Shown piece after piece: positions 38,318-48,928 of a DNA stretch of 64,000 nt. The notes under the pieces are model-generated. The model did no database searches, was not told the DNA's origin, and was given only the letters and a program-made list of their open reading frames with translations. Both the position numbers and the translations under genes were made by a program. How positions within the stretch are numbered: the first letter of the stretch is position 1; each line of letters starts with the position of its first letter. Origin of the DNA: Bdellovibrio sp. (GTDB lineage: Bacteria > Bdellovibrionota > Bdellovibrionia > Bdellovibrionales > Bdellovibrionaceae); contig JAKFBS010000002.1 of NCBI GenBank assembly GCA_036677065.1, positions 256,001-320,000 on the forward strand, written 5' to 3'.

Positions 38318-39589
38318 TTAAATTTGACCCTGAACTTCGGCTTCAACCATCGCTTCTTGATCGGTGGCCGTGGGGTGGTCTAAATATTTCAATTTTTGTA
38401 AAATCACTAAAGTAAATAAACCCACACCGATCGCCATGTAACCAACGGCGGGGTAATTTAATAAACGTCCATCTTTAGAGTCAATCATGACAATCATTCC
38501 CGCAATGTAAGAGCCTGCAGCCATAGCGAGTGACTGCAAACAACTTAAAAGGCTCATGAAGGCACCGCGCTGTTGTGCTGAGACTGCGCCAGATACGAGG
38601 GCCTGTGCTGGAATCATGCGTGATCCTGCCGATATAAAAAATAAACTAGCTACAATTAAAACAATCCAAAGACTGTCTTTTCCTTGATGGGTCACCAAAA
38701 ATATCGGAATGATCGAAAATAAAATCGAGTACATATAGATCTTAGCTTTGCCGTAGCGATCTGAAAGTCTTCCGACCAGTGGCGCACTAAAAAAAGAACA
38801 AATTCCACCTATTAGATAAATCAAGGTCAGTTCTTTTTCGCTCAGGCCTGCATTCACAACCTGAGAAGTGGCAATAAACGGGATAATACTAAAATGCGAG
38901 AACATCACAAAAAACATAAAAATCAAAGACACGCGCTGGACCGGTGATTGCAGAACTGAAACGACGGGCTGCCAAAATGTGATTTTAGGCACTTTGTGCA
39001 TTTCGGGAATATCAGGCTGAAGATGTTTATTAATGTTCGGAACGTAGCGATAAATTCCAACTAAGATAATTAAACATAAGGCGGCCAAGAAAATAAAAGG
39101 TGAATACCAAGTTAATGATTGTGAAAGAAAAATAGAAAATGGCACGCCAAAGATTGAGGCTGCTGAAAATGCCGTAGCTAAAAAGCCCATGGCCATGCCA
39201 CGACGTTTGTAATCAATCAGATCACTTGCGATTGAAAGAATAATCGAATTCATCACGCCGCCGAAAAAACCAGTCATCGAGCGGGCTATAAGTAAAGTTT
39301 GGTAATCGCGAGCTATGCCGCAAAATAGGGTGGCTAAAGTAAACCCGGCAAATAAAATAATTAGACTTTTTTTGCGATCAAAACGATCCATGTAAAACGA
39401 AGCTAAAAATCCTGAAATGCCCGCAAAAAAAGTGTAACTTGAAACTAATAAACTAAATTGCTGGGCTTCGATCGAAAAAAGACGCATCAATTGTGTTCCC
39501 ATCGGCATGATAATCATGAAATCCACGATGTGATTAAATTGAACGAAAGCTAAGATGGTTAATATTTTTTTCTCTAAAGATGTAAACAC
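38318..39589 (-). CDS. MFS transporter
   Basis: About 12 TM helices, DRFDRK and GRLSDRYGK motif A. Confidence 0.92.
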   Translation of the reverse strand: MFTSLEKKILTILAFVQFNHIVDFMIIMPMGTQLMRLFSIEAQQFSLLVSSYTFFAGISGFLASFYMDRFDRKKSLIILFAGFTLATLFCGIARDYQTLLIARSMTGFFGGVMNSIILSIASDLIDYKRRGMAMGFLATAFSAASIFGVPFSIFLSQSLTWYSPFIFLAALCLIILVGIYRYVPNINKHLQPDIPEMHKVPKITFWQPVVSVLQSPVQRVSLIFMFFVMFSHFSIIPFIATSQVVNAGLSEKELTLIYLIGGICSFFSAPLVGRLSDRYGKAKIYMYSILFSIIPIFLVTHQGKDSLWIVLIVASLFFISAGSRMIPAQALVSGAVSAQQRGAFMSLLSCLQSLAMAAGSYIAGMIVMIDSKDGRLLNYPAVGYMAIGVGLFTLVILQKLKYLDHPTATDQEAMVEAEVQGQI

Positions 39590-39654
39590 AATCTTTAGAG
39601 TCTATCTTTTGGTATAGTTCTCTTAAAGGTTTTCTTTTGTGAACGTCCTGCGTT

Positions 39655-40119
39655 ATGTGGTACAAGATCAGTATGTGGATAAAAATACTTTCAGTAACTA
39701 AAACAGCGTTCATTACTTTTGCAATTTTCTTCGTCTTATTTTGGATTTTTATCTGGAATTTTTCTTTTGTTTTTAAACAAAAAGTCATAGGAGAAGTGCA
39801 AAAAATCGAGCACGTTAGCCCGCAAGCTATCATCACAAATAATATGCCAATGAATCCTCAAGTTTTTTCATATTCTGTTGCCATTAAAGACCTGCGCACC
39901 AATGAAATTCATATGGCTTCTAGCGAAGATCGTAAGTGGGGAGCTGTGCAGCCTGGAAACTGCGTGGTCGCTGCATTTTTTCCTTATGAGCCATGGAGGC
40001 TATCTAAAGGGATGACTGATAGAAATGCTCGTCTTTTACAAAATTTTACGAATTGTGCTGATGTTCCAAACAATGGTGGCTTCATCAGTTGGCTTAAGTT
40101 CTTCTTTTTAGTTTATTAA
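39655..40119 (+). CDS. Hypothetical membrane-anchored protein
   Basis: N-terminal TM followed by a beta-rich domain; start may be 39673. Confidence 0.7.
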   Translation: MWYKISMWIKILSVTKTAFITFAIFFVLFWIFIWNFSFVFKQKVIGEVQKIEHVSPQAIITNNMPMNPQVFSYSVAIKDLRTNEIHMASSEDRKWGAVQPGNCVVAAFFPYEPWRLSKGMTDRNARLLQNFTNCADVPNNGGFISWLKFFFLVY

Positions 40120-40131
40120 GAATATTAAATC

Positions 40132-40275
40132 TTAGCGAAAAATTGAAGTCACAAGAGCTTGTGCACGTAATGGGTATGAGCTTCTTTGCTGATTTGATTT
40201 TTGGTAAATCATGTATGTCAGAGTCAACATCATGAACACGATAAACCAATTTCTCATCTGCATATAATGAAGCAT
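40132..40275 (-). CDS. Small unannotated single-TM protein (47 aa)
   Basis: MLHYMQMRNWFIVFMMLTLTYMIYQKSNQQRSSYPLRAQALVTSIFR*; AAGG just upstream; starts 10 nt after the pgsA stop. Confidence 0.5.
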   Translation of the reverse strand: MLHYMQMRNWFIVFMMLTLTYMIYQKSNQQRSSYPLRAQALVTSIFR

Positions 40276-40285
40276 ATTAAACCTT

Positions 40286-40837
40286 TTAAGACTTCTTTTC
40301 GTCTAAATAGAGTTTGAAGTAATCCCAACCACTGATCAGGCTTAATAAAACACTGAACCAAAGAAGTCCATATCCGATTTTTAAGTTAGGAAAGTAGGGA
40401 TGTATTTCGTTCACCATCATGAAAGGAACGGATATCATTTGTAAGGCCGCCTTCCATTTGCCCGTCGTTTGAGCAGGAATAACTAAGCCATCGGCAGAAG
40501 CTGCAGCCCGAATTCCACCCACTAAAGTGTCGCGGGTTAAAAATAACATCACCATCCAAGGATCAATTTTTTGCTGATGTAATAGGATCACTAAGATAGC
40601 CATCACTAAAATTTTATCGGCAACCGGATCTAAGAATTTACCCAAATTTGTAACGGCATTATATTTACGTGCAAAGTAGCCATCGTAATAATCAGTGATT
40701 GAAGCTGCATAAAAAAGAAGAACAGCAATCCAATCTAAATAATATCCTTCAAAGTTTTTGCTATAAAGTAACAATATTGCCACTGGAATCGTAGCAAAGA
40801 TGCGGGCCACCGTAAGTATAAGAGGTAGTTTCTTCAT
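40286..40837 (-). CDS. pgsA: CDP-diacylglycerol-glycerol-3-phosphate 3-phosphatidyltransferase
   Basis: TDYYDGYFARK...GKFLDPVADK CDP-alcohol phosphatidyltransferase motif, GKWK. Confidence 0.93.
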   Translation of the reverse strand: MKKLPLILTVARIFATIPVAILLLYSKNFEGYYLDWIAVLLFYAASITDYYDGYFARKYNAVTNLGKFLDPVADKILVMAILVILLHQQKIDPWMVMLFLTRDTLVGGIRAAASADGLVIPAQTTGKWKAALQMISVPFMMVNEIHPYFPNLKIGYGLLWFSVLLSLISGWDYFKLYLDEKKS

Positions 40838-40884
40838 TCGCTTTGATCTTGAGTTCAAAGCCTAGCTTATGTCAAGATATGTCG

Positions 40885-41301
40885 ATGTTTACATTTACAC
40901 GCAATATTCACGTTTATGAGACTGATTTAATGGGGATCGTTCACCATTCAAATTATCTGCGTTTCTGCGAAGAAGCCCGCGTTGCATGGTGTAAGGCCTT
41001 TGTTGCCCATGAAAAAAGCGATTTTGAACATCAAAATATTTTCGATCTGACTGTGGTTGAAACGCACGTAAAACACAAAGCGCCAATTAAATATCGCGAC
41101 AATGTTCGAATCGAAGTGCAGGCGCAAACGACCGGAGTACTTTTACGGTTTCAATACAAAATTTTAAATGACACAGGTATTTGTGCCATTGCTGAAACTA
41201 GTCACTGTAGTGTAAATGAGAAATTAAAACCAAAGCGTCTGGCTCAGAAATATATCGACGCAGCTAAAAAGGATACCCCATGGATAGAAACCTGGCTTTA
41301 G
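40885..41301 (+). CDS. Acyl-CoA thioesterase (YbgC/FadM hot-dog family)
   Basis: ETDLMGIVHHSNYLRFCEEAR; start 40879 or 40885. Confidence 0.88.
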   Translation: MFTFTRNIHVYETDLMGIVHHSNYLRFCEEARVAWCKAFVAHEKSDFEHQNIFDLTVVETHVKHKAPIKYRDNVRIEVQAQTTGVLLRFQYKILNDTGICAIAETSHCSVNEKLKPKRLAQKYIDAAKKDTPWIETWL

Positions 41302-42245
41302 AATTTGTACGTATTACCGAAGCAGCAGCAATAGCCTCAGCAAAATGGATTGGTTCAGGCCAAGAAAAAGCGGCAGACCAAGCGGCCGTAGACGCCATGA
41401 GAAAAGCCTTTGATTCTGTTCGTATGGATGGAACCGTGGTTATCGGCGAAGGCGAGCGCGATGAAGCTCCAATGTTATATATCGGCGAAAAAGTTGGTAA
41501 CAAAAGCGAAGACGCTCCTCAAATCGATATCGCTCTTGATCCTTTAGAGGGAACAACAATCTGTGCCACTGGCGGCGTCGGTTCAATCTCTGTAATGGCG
41601 ATGGCTGAACGTGGCGGCTTTTTACATGCTCCAGACACTTACATGGATAAAATTGCTGTTGGCCCAATGGCTAAAGGTTGTATTGATATCGATAAATCGG
41701 CGACTGAAAATTTAAATCGTATTTCTGAAGCCTTAAAAAAACCGGTGAATGAAATCACAGCGGTTATTTTAGATCGTCCTCGTCATAAAGATTTAATTGC
41801 CGAAGTTCGTAAAGCTGGCGCGCGCATTCACTTAATCGGTGATGGCGATGTTTCGGCAGCTGTTGCAGCTGCGTGGCCAGATTCAGGAGTCGATGTGTTG
41901 TTCGGTATTGGGGGCGCGCCTGAAGGAGTTATTTCAGCAGCAGCTATGCGTTGTTTAGGCGGAGACTTTCAAGGTCGCCTAAAATTCAGAAATGAAGAAG
42001 AAAAAGAGCGCGCATTACGTATGGGCGTGAAAGATTTAAATAAAAAATACTCATTAAATGAATTAGCGTCAGGGCATGTGATGTTCTGTGCAACAGGTGT
42101 AACTGATGGGCCTTTTTTAAAAGGTGTTAAAGTTTACCCTGGCCGCAAAGCGCGCACGCATTCAGTGGTTATGCGTTCACAAACTGGAACAATCAGAAAC
42201 GTAGAAACGTATCATGATTTTTCGGTAAAATCGGGTTTACTTTAG
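41280..42245 (+). CDS. glpX: Class II fructose-1,6-bisphosphatase
   Basis: VVIGEGERDEAPML, DPLEGT, LDRPRH, DGDV, GGAPEGV, ATGVTDG. Confidence 0.96.
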   Translation: MDRNLALEFVRITEAAAIASAKWIGSGQEKAADQAAVDAMRKAFDSVRMDGTVVIGEGERDEAPMLYIGEKVGNKSEDAPQIDIALDPLEGTTICATGGVGSISVMAMAERGGFLHAPDTYMDKIAVGPMAKGCIDIDKSATENLNRISEALKKPVNEITAVILDRPRHKDLIAEVRKAGARIHLIGDGDVSAAVAAAWPDSGVDVLFGIGGAPEGVISAAAMRCLGGDFQGRLKFRNEEEKERALRMGVKDLNKKYSLNELASGHVMFCATGVTDGPFLKGVKVYPGRKARTHSVVMRSQTGTIRNVETYHDFSVKSGLL

Positions 42246-42249
42246 TTCA

Positions 42250-42531
42250 ATGGAATTGATTTGTTTTCGTTGTCAGAAAGGCAATAAAATCGATGGCAAG
42301 ATCGGGTACCGTGAAGAATGTTTTCACTGTAAAGCTGATCTTCATGCCTGCAAAAATTGCCATTTTTACGATGTAAAAGCTTACAACGAATGCCGCGAAC
42401 CATCTGCAGAAGTGGTGCGTGATAAAGAAAAATTTAATTTCTGTGATTTTTTTCAACCCGGTGGTCGCGGGCCTGCTCAAGATGAGAAGGCTAAACTAAA
42501 AGCAGCTGCCGATGCATTATTTAAAAAGTAA
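42250..42531 (+). CDS. Small Cys-rich (putative zinc-binding) protein
   Basis: CxxC, CxxC, CxxC plus CRE and CDFF; ends ADALFKK. Confidence 0.75.
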   Translation: MELICFRCQKGNKIDGKIGYREECFHCKADLHACKNCHFYDVKAYNECREPSAEVVRDKEKFNFCDFFQPGGRGPAQDEKAKLKAAADALFKK

Positions 42532-42551
42532 TTAAAAGGAGATAACGGATT

Positions 42552-42986
42552 ATGGCAACAGCACAAACAACGGAAGTTTTTAACTGCACTCCAGAAGAGT
42601 TTTTCAAAGTCGTAGCCGATTTTGAAAAATACCCTGAATTTTTACCAGAAGTTAAATCTGTAAAAATCACGAAAAACGAAGGTTCAACTAAAGAAATGGA
42701 ATACAGCGTTTCACTAGTTAAAACTTTTAAATATAAATTAAAGGCCACAGAGGTTGCTCCTTCAAAAGTGGATTTTCACTTTGTGGAAGGCGATGTTTTC
42801 AAAACCATGAAAGGCAGCTGGAATATTGCCCCAGAAGGATCTGACAAATGTAAAGTCAACTACATGGTTGAGGCTACTTTTGGAATGTTTGTGCCTGGCC
42901 CCATGGCTAACACGCTGGTCAGTGTGAATTTGCCGATTATGATTAATAATTTTAAAAACCGAATCAAAAAAGTGTACGGGAAGTAA
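42552..42986 (+). CDS. SRPBCC/START-fold (RatA/Coq10-like) protein
   Basis: VVADFEKYPEFLP, FKTMKGSW; AAGGAG RBS. Confidence 0.85.
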   Translation: MATAQTTEVFNCTPEEFFKVVADFEKYPEFLPEVKSVKITKNEGSTKEMEYSVSLVKTFKYKLKATEVAPSKVDFHFVEGDVFKTMKGSWNIAPEGSDKCKVNYMVEATFGMFVPGPMANTLVSVNLPIMINNFKNRIKKVYGK

Positions 42987-42989
42987 CTA

Positions 42990-43280
42990 GTGAGTAATAA
43001 CGAGAACGAAAAAAAAGATCCAAAAATCACCGACGCTATTAAAAAGATTCTGACGGCGGGTAGTCCGACTGATATTTCTAAAGAGCTTTTAACAACGGTG
43101 GTTGGTCAGGTTTTAAAAACTAAAGATGACATCACTTTAAAAGCTACAAACGAAATGGTTGCAATGATTCAAAAAATTGATTTTGTAAAAGAATTTTCGA
43201 AGTTTGCTGAAAATCACAAATTTAAGGTGTCAGCAGAAATTGAAATTCTAAAAAAAGAGGACCCAAAGCCTCAAGGTTAG
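42990..43280 (+). CDS. Hypothetical protein
   Basis: In-operon ORF with 3-nt and 7-nt spacing to its neighbours. Confidence 0.7.
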   Translation: MSNNENEKKDPKITDAIKKILTAGSPTDISKELLTTVVGQVLKTKDDITLKATNEMVAMIQKIDFVKEFSKFAENHKFKVSAEIEILKKEDPKPQG

Positions 43281-43287
43281 GTCTCGT

Positions 43288-44712
43288 ATGGCTAGTTTTA
43301 AAACTTTTAATCCCACTTCAGGAGCTTTTTTAGAAGAGTATCCGTTTGCGACTGCGTCGGATATTTCTCGCAGTTTAGAAGGCTTGCAGATTGGTTTTTT
43401 GCGCTGGAAAGACTTAAGTTTTTCAGAACGTCAAAAAGCCCTGCGCCCCGCTGTAGGTTTATTTCATCAACACAAAGAAGAGTTAGCAAAATCAATCACC
43501 GAAGAAATGGGAAAACCCTACTTTCAATCCTTAGCCGAGATTGATAAAGCCTTACAGTCTCTAGAGCATATGTGCACAGCTCCTTGCCCAGAGCTTGATG
43601 TGCAAACTGTAAAAACTTTCAGTGACAGTGAAAAAACAAGTCATCAAATTTATCACAAACCAAAAGGTATTATTTTAGGCGTGATGCCGTGGAATTTTCC
43701 GTTCTGGCAGTCAGCGCGCATGATTTTTCCGGCTCTTTTAGCCGGCAATACTGTGCTTTTGAAACATTCTGAAAATACGCCAACCACCGGTCATTTTATT
43801 AAAAAAATTCTTTCTCAAGTCGAAGTTAAAAATATTTTTGATCATTTAATTTTTGACCATAGCTTAACTGAATCCGTGATTGCCGATCATCGCGTTCATG
43901 GCGTAAGTCTTACCGGTTCTGTTAAGGCCGGATATTTGCTCTCTGAATACGCCGGAAAACACATGAAGCGCGGGGTATTTGAATTAGGTGGCAGCGATGC
44001 TCACTTGGTCTTAAACGATGCCGATATTGTAAAAACTGCCGCTAACATTGCAAAATCCCGCCTACAAAACACAGGGCAAAGCTGTATCGCTGCAAAACGG
44101 GTGATTGTCGATCGCCAGATTTCTAATGAACTTATCGACCAGTTAGTCGTAAATTTTGATAAGCAAGTTTATGGCAACGTTTTTGACCGCAAAACCACAC
44201 TTGGGCCTTTGGCGCATCATCGGTTCAAGCCTGAAGATGAAGCGCGTTTTAGTTACGTAAAGCCGTTCTGTGAAGTGATCTACGAACGTTACCCCGATCA
44301 GGCCATTGTTAAATCTTTAGCCGAAGAGCCATCAAGACAAGCTTTTGTGCCGCTGCGAATTTTGAAAGTTAAAAAAGCCACTGATGAATTTATGAAGTAC
44401 ATGAAGAGCAATGAGTTCTTTTCGCCGACCTTAATCATTTTTGAATGTAACAACGTAGAAGATGGTTTAACTCTGGTAAATCATACTCAGTTTGGCCTTG
44501 GTGGCTCAGTTTATTCTGAAGATATTTTTCGTGCGCATGAAGTAGCCCAAAAATTTGAATCGGGTATGGTTTCAATTAACGACGCTGTAGCTTCGCATGT
44601 GATGTTGCCGTTTGGTGGCGTAAAATCATCGGGTATCGGGCGCGAAATGGGAATGCAGGGTTATACCGAATTTACCGACATTCAGGTCGTTACTACCAAC
44701 CGATTAAATTAA
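43288..44712 (+). CDS. NAD(P)-dependent aldehyde dehydrogenase (succinate-semialdehyde dehydrogenase-like)
   Basis: MPWNFPFWQ, LTGS, ELGGSD, NTGQSCIA catalytic Cys, PFGGVKSSGIGRE. Confidence 0.92.
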   Translation: MASFKTFNPTSGAFLEEYPFATASDISRSLEGLQIGFLRWKDLSFSERQKALRPAVGLFHQHKEELAKSITEEMGKPYFQSLAEIDKALQSLEHMCTAPCPELDVQTVKTFSDSEKTSHQIYHKPKGIILGVMPWNFPFWQSARMIFPALLAGNTVLLKHSENTPTTGHFIKKILSQVEVKNIFDHLIFDHSLTESVIADHRVHGVSLTGSVKAGYLLSEYAGKHMKRGVFELGGSDAHLVLNDADIVKTAANIAKSRLQNTGQSCIAAKRVIVDRQISNELIDQLVVNFDKQVYGNVFDRKTTLGPLAHHRFKPEDEARFSYVKPFCEVIYERYPDQAIVKSLAEEPSRQAFVPLRILKVKKATDEFMKYMKSNEFFSPTLIIFECNNVEDGLTLVNHTQFGLGGSVYSEDIFRAHEVAQKFESGMVSINDAVASHVMLPFGGVKSSGIGREMGMQGYTEFTDIQVVTTNRLN

Positions 44713-44715
44713 AAT

Positions 44716-45669
44716 ATGTCATGGAATGATTTTGAACACTCAATTTGGAAACAGTTAAAAAACGAAAATTTGCATGAATGTTCTGAATTTATTTTAGCTG
44801 TTTCAGGTGGTTTAGATTCAATGGTACTACTTCAAGCCATGCAGAAATTAAAACCCCAGGCTCAGCTGATCGTAGCTCATTTTCATCACGGTGAGAGCGA
44901 CGATGCGGCAATTATGGCCTACCGAGAACAAGCCATGCAGATGGTAAAATCATACTGTGATTCCAGTAATCTCAAGTTTTTTCCAGGTAAATCTTTAGAT
45001 AAATTATTCAGTGAAGACGAATTTCGCCAAAAACGCCTTCAGTTTTTTGCGCAGGTAAAAGCAGATTTTCCGCAGAGTGTTTTTGCGACCGCGCACCACA
45101 AGGATGATCTCTTAGAAACTTGGTTGTTGAAAATGATTCGCGGTAGCGGCCCTGAAGGTTTAGAAAATTTTAAATTTTGGAACCGGCAAACTTTAAGGCC
45201 ATTATTGTCATTCACAAAAGCTGAAATTCTAAGCTATGCTAAAGCTGAAGAATTAACTTGGGTAGACGATCCGTCGAATCAAACAAGCGACTATCTGCGT
45301 AATTGGTTGCGCAATGAATGGTTGAAAACTTTGGCTGATAAAGTTCCGGGTTCGTTGGCCAATTTAACGAATTCTTTTCAGCGATTAATTGATGAAATTA
45401 AAGATGCTGATCACTTGATAGATATTAATTATCAAAACAACTCGACCAAAGCCATATTTGATCGCACAGAATTTCTACAATTGAGCCACTCAGATCAATT
45501 TAAAACACTAGCAAAGTCTCTAAAAGGCATCGGCCAACGTGACTTTTCTCAAGGTCAACTAGAAGAAATAATTAAGCGCCTCGACAAAAATCAAAAAGAC
45601 ATCATATTTTGCATAGCAGGTGTTAATTGGTTTATTAACGCGCAGCAAGTTATGCTAGAATTTAAGTAA
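44716..45669 (+). CDS. tilS: tRNA(Ile)-lysidine synthetase
   Basis: AVSGGLDS PP-loop, TAHHKDD, RPLL, DPSN...RN.LR; upstream of ftsH. Confidence 0.9.
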   Translation: MSWNDFEHSIWKQLKNENLHECSEFILAVSGGLDSMVLLQAMQKLKPQAQLIVAHFHHGESDDAAIMAYREQAMQMVKSYCDSSNLKFFPGKSLDKLFSEDEFRQKRLQFFAQVKADFPQSVFATAHHKDDLLETWLLKMIRGSGPEGLENFKFWNRQTLRPLLSFTKAEILSYAKAEELTWVDDPSNQTSDYLRNWLRNEWLKTLADKVPGSLANLTNSFQRLIDEIKDADHLIDINYQNNSTKAIFDRTEFLQLSHSDQFKTLAKSLKGIGQRDFSQGQLEEIIKRLDKNQKDIIFCIAGVNWFINAQQVMLEFK

Positions 45670-45724
45670 CTTGTAGATTCAAAAGAAGGAAGTCACGCAG
45701 GAAGCGTGCAAAAGGACTTTAACG

Positions 45725-47680
45725 ATGAAGACAAATCAAAAAACACTGGCCCTTTGGTTTTTTATTTTAATTATGTCGATTTTTGTTTTCCAGGCTTGGG
45801 AAATTAAACGTCAAAAAACAATTGCAGATTTTGATTATCCGAAATTCTTAAAAGCTGTTGAGCTAAAAGAAGTTAAAGATGACACGATCATTTTTATGCC
45901 AGATGCAAAAGTGATCCGCGGTGAAATCAAACCTGAGTTTGAAAAACGCTATGCTGGCCACCGCTTTGAATTTTCAGGCGATACTGATAAAGCTTACGAA
46001 GAAATCAAAAAATTTGGTTACATTCCAAAATATGAAAATGCACAAAGTGATAGTTTCTTATCGTCATTTTTTATTAACTGGTTACCGTTACTTTTAATCG
46101 TCGGTATGTTTATTTTTATCATGCGCCAAATTCAATCTGGTGGTGGCAAAGCGATGTCGTTTGGTAAATCACGTGCAAAGCTTGTCGAAAATAAGAATCG
46201 CGTGATGTTTAAAGACGTTGCCGGTGTTGATGAAGCAAAAGATGATTTACAAGAAATTGTTCACTTCTTAAAAGATCCGAAAAAGTTCACGAAACTTGGT
46301 GGTCGTATTCCTAAAGGGGTTTTATTAGTTGGTCCTCCGGGAACAGGTAAAACATTACTAGCTCGTGCTGTCGCTGGTGAAGCGGGTGCGCCATTCTTTA
46401 CAATCTCAGGTTCTGACTTCGTTGAAATGTTCGTGGGCGTGGGCGCAAGTCGCGTGCGTGATTTGTTTGAACAAGGTAAGAAAAATGCACCTTGTCTGAT
46501 CTTCATCGATGAGATCGATGCCGTAGGACGCCATCGTGGTGCTGGTATGGGTGGCGGGCACGATGAGCGTGAACAAACACTTAATCAGTTATTAGTTGAG
46601 ATGGATGGTTTTGAATCTACTGAAGGCGTAATTTTAATTGCAGCCACAAATCGACCAGACGTGCTTGATCCAGCATTACTTCGCCCAGGTCGTTTCGATC
46701 GTCGCGTTGTTGTTGGTAAGCCAGATCTTAAAGGTCGCGAACATATCTTAACTGTGCACATGAAAAAAACTCCACTTGGACCTGATGTTGATGTGACTAA
46801 GATTGCACGCGGAACACCTGGATTTTCTGGAGCTGATTTAGAAAACTTAGTGAATGAAGCAGCCTTAGTGGCAGCTCGTAATGATAAAAAATATCTTGAG
46901 ATGGAAGACTTCGAAAGAGCAAAAGACAAAGTCATCATGGGTGCGGAACGTAAATCAATGGTGATGTCTGAAGAAGACCGTAAAAATACGGCCTACCATG
47001 AAGCAGGACATACACTTGTGGGCGTTGTGCTTCCGGGTTTAGATCCCATTCACAAAGTGACTATTATCCCTCGTGGTATGGCATTAGGTCTTACGCAAAC
47101 TCTTCCAGAAAAAGATCAAGTTTCGTTTTCTAAACGTCAGGCAGAAAACTGGATCGCTTTTGCCTTTGGCGGACGAGCTGCTGAAGAATTAATTTTTACC
47201 GATTATACAACAGGTGCTGCCAATGATATCGAGCGTGCGACGAATATGGCTCGCAAAATGGTCACTGAATGGGGTATGTCTCCATTAGGCCCAATCGGAT
47301 ATGAATCAAATACCGGTCCTGTATTTTTAGGAATGGGACACGGAAACCAGCAAAAAAATTACTCTGAAGCGAAAGCTCAGGAGATTGATGCTCAGATTTC
47401 AAGTATCATCAACACAGGGTACGCAACAGCTGTTAAAATTTTAAAAGATCACCGTGAAGCTTTAGAGAAAATCACCCAAGCTTTATTAGAGTTTGAAACG
47501 ATTGATGGCGCTGAAGTTGATATGCTTGTTAAAGGTGCGGCAGTTTCAGAAATCCATAAAGTGCGTGCTAATAAAAAAGAATCAAGCTCATCTGGTGGTG
47601 GCGGACATCACGGCGTGATTATTGATCCTGATAACACATCGCCAATTCCTACAGGTAAAAAACCTGTACCAGTATCGTAA
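45725..47680 (+). CDS. ftsH: ATP-dependent zinc metalloprotease FtsH
   Basis: Two TM helices, [17 protein letters not shown] region, HEAGH. Confidence 0.98.
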   Translation: MKTNQKTLALWFFILIMSIFVFQAWEIKRQKTIADFDYPKFLKAVELKEVKDDTIIFMPDAKVIRGEIKPEFEKRYAGHRFEFSGDTDKAYEEIKKFGYIPKYENAQSDSFLSSFFINWLPLLLIVGMFIFIMRQIQSGGGKAMSFGKSRAKLVENKNRVMFKDVAGVDEAKDDLQEIVHFLKDPKKFTKLGGRIPKGVLLVGPPGTGKTLLARAVAGEAGAPFFTISGSDFVEMFVGVGASRVRDLFEQGKKNAPCLIFIDEIDAVGRHRGAGMGGGHDEREQTLNQLLVEMDGFESTEGVILIAATNRPDVLDPALLRPGRFDRRVVVGKPDLKGREHILTVHMKKTPLGPDVDVTKIARGTPGFSGADLENLVNEAALVAARNDKKYLEMEDFERAKDKVIMGAERKSMVMSEEDRKNTAYHEAGHTLVGVVLPGLDPIHKVTIIPRGMALGLTQTLPEKDQVSFSKRQAENWIAFAFGGRAAEELIFTDYTTGAANDIERATNMARKMVTEWGMSPLGPIGYESNTGPVFLGMGHGNQQKNYSEAKAQEIDAQISSIINTGYATAVKILKDHREALEKITQALLEFETIDGAEVDMLVKGAAVSEIHKVRANKKESSSSGGGGHHGVIIDPDNTSPIPTGKKPVPVS

Positions 47681-47691
47681 AGTAATTATTG

Positions 47692-48507
47692 ATGAATTAC
47701 TTTCAAACATTCTGGGAAAATTTAATCTTTATCAGTTCACACCTGAGAGCGCAGGATGTCTTTGACATCTTGCTGGTGTGGTTAGTTATTTATCGCGTTC
47801 TGATGATTATTCGTCGTACTGGCACGGTGCAAATCTTGTCAGGCTTAGGGATTTTAGCGATCACTTATATCATGACGATATGGTTTGAGTTTTTCACGAT
47901 GAATTGGCTTTTAGAAAAATTCTTTTCAAATTTGTTTGTTATTATTGTCGTCCTGTTCCAGGCCGAGATTCGTAGGGCTTTAGCACAAATCGGAAGTCAT
48001 CCGCTCTTTTCGGATGTGTCTGCCGTGATGGAAACTCACATGGTCGAAGAGATCGCGAAAGGTGTAATTACCGCAGCCGAAAAAGGCTACGGCGCGCTTT
48101 TAGTGATCGAAAAAGACATTATGGTTGATTACCACATCGAAATCGGTACCGAAATGGATTCGCGCGTTTCGGCAGAGTTGATTCAGTCGATTTTTCACCC
48201 GCAAGCACCCATGCATGACGGGGCGGTTCTTATTCGTTCAGGTAAAATTGCTTATGCCGGTTGTTTTTTGCCGTTAAGTAAAAATCCGGCCTTAGATAAA
48301 AATTTAGGAACCCGTCACAGAGCAGCGATTGGTTTAACTGAAGAAACTGATGCCGTTGTGTTGGTGGTTTCTGAAGAAACTAAATCGATCAGTATCGTGA
48401 CCGGCGGGCATATGCGCCCGAATGTAGAATTGATTGATGTACGTATGGCTTTATACGAGGCTTTTGGTTTAAAATATAAAGTTCATCATCACGAAGGTGT
48501 TTCATAA
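47692..48507 (+). CDS. dacA: Diadenylate cyclase CdaA/DacA
   Basis: Three TM helices, FQAEIRRAL, HDGA and GTRHRAA catalytic motifs. Confidence 0.93.
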   Translation: MNYFQTFWENLIFISSHLRAQDVFDILLVWLVIYRVLMIIRRTGTVQILSGLGILAITYIMTIWFEFFTMNWLLEKFFSNLFVIIVVLFQAEIRRALAQIGSHPLFSDVSAVMETHMVEEIAKGVITAAEKGYGALLVIEKDIMVDYHIEIGTEMDSRVSAELIQSIFHPQAPMHDGAVLIRSGKIAYAGCFLPLSKNPALDKNLGTRHRAAIGLTEETDAVVLVVSEETKSISIVTGGHMRPNVELIDVRMALYEAFGLKYKVHHHEGVS

Positions 48508-48917
48508 TGCCGCAACATCATGTCGATAAATTTCGTCTTTTTAGATCGTTTTTCTCTGATAACTTAAGTTATAAAGTGGTTTCATTATTTGTGGCTTTAA
48601 TCCTTTGGATTTCCATTCTTGGCCGTCGTGACTTTGTCACGACTAAGGAGATGGAAGTGACTTTTAGGCTTCCGCCGGGATATATGGTCGCGTCTCAAAG
48701 CCATGATAAACTTCGGGTTAAGATTTCAGGCTCGCAACCAGTGCTTAAAAAGTACAAAGATAGTTTTAAAAAAGTCGCATTTGATCTGGCTGATAGCGGT
48801 GAAGGCTTAGTTGAGATTGATGTTCCGAACAATCGCATTGATGTTCCGGATGGGGTTAAGGTTTTAAACGTGAAACCTAATGTGATTCGTGTTGAAATCG
48901 TTCGAATTAAAAACTAG
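48507..48917 (+). CDS. cdaR: CdaR/YbbR-like protein (single domain)
   Basis: N..YK.VSLFVALILW TM followed by one YbbR-like domain; between dacA and glmM. Confidence 0.8.
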   Translation: MPQHHVDKFRLFRSFFSDNLSYKVVSLFVALILWISILGRRDFVTTKEMEVTFRLPPGYMVASQSHDKLRVKISGSQPVLKKYKDSFKKVAFDLADSGEGLVEIDVPNNRIDVPDGVKVLNVKPNVIRVEIVRIKN

Positions 48918-48928
48918 AATCTGACTCT

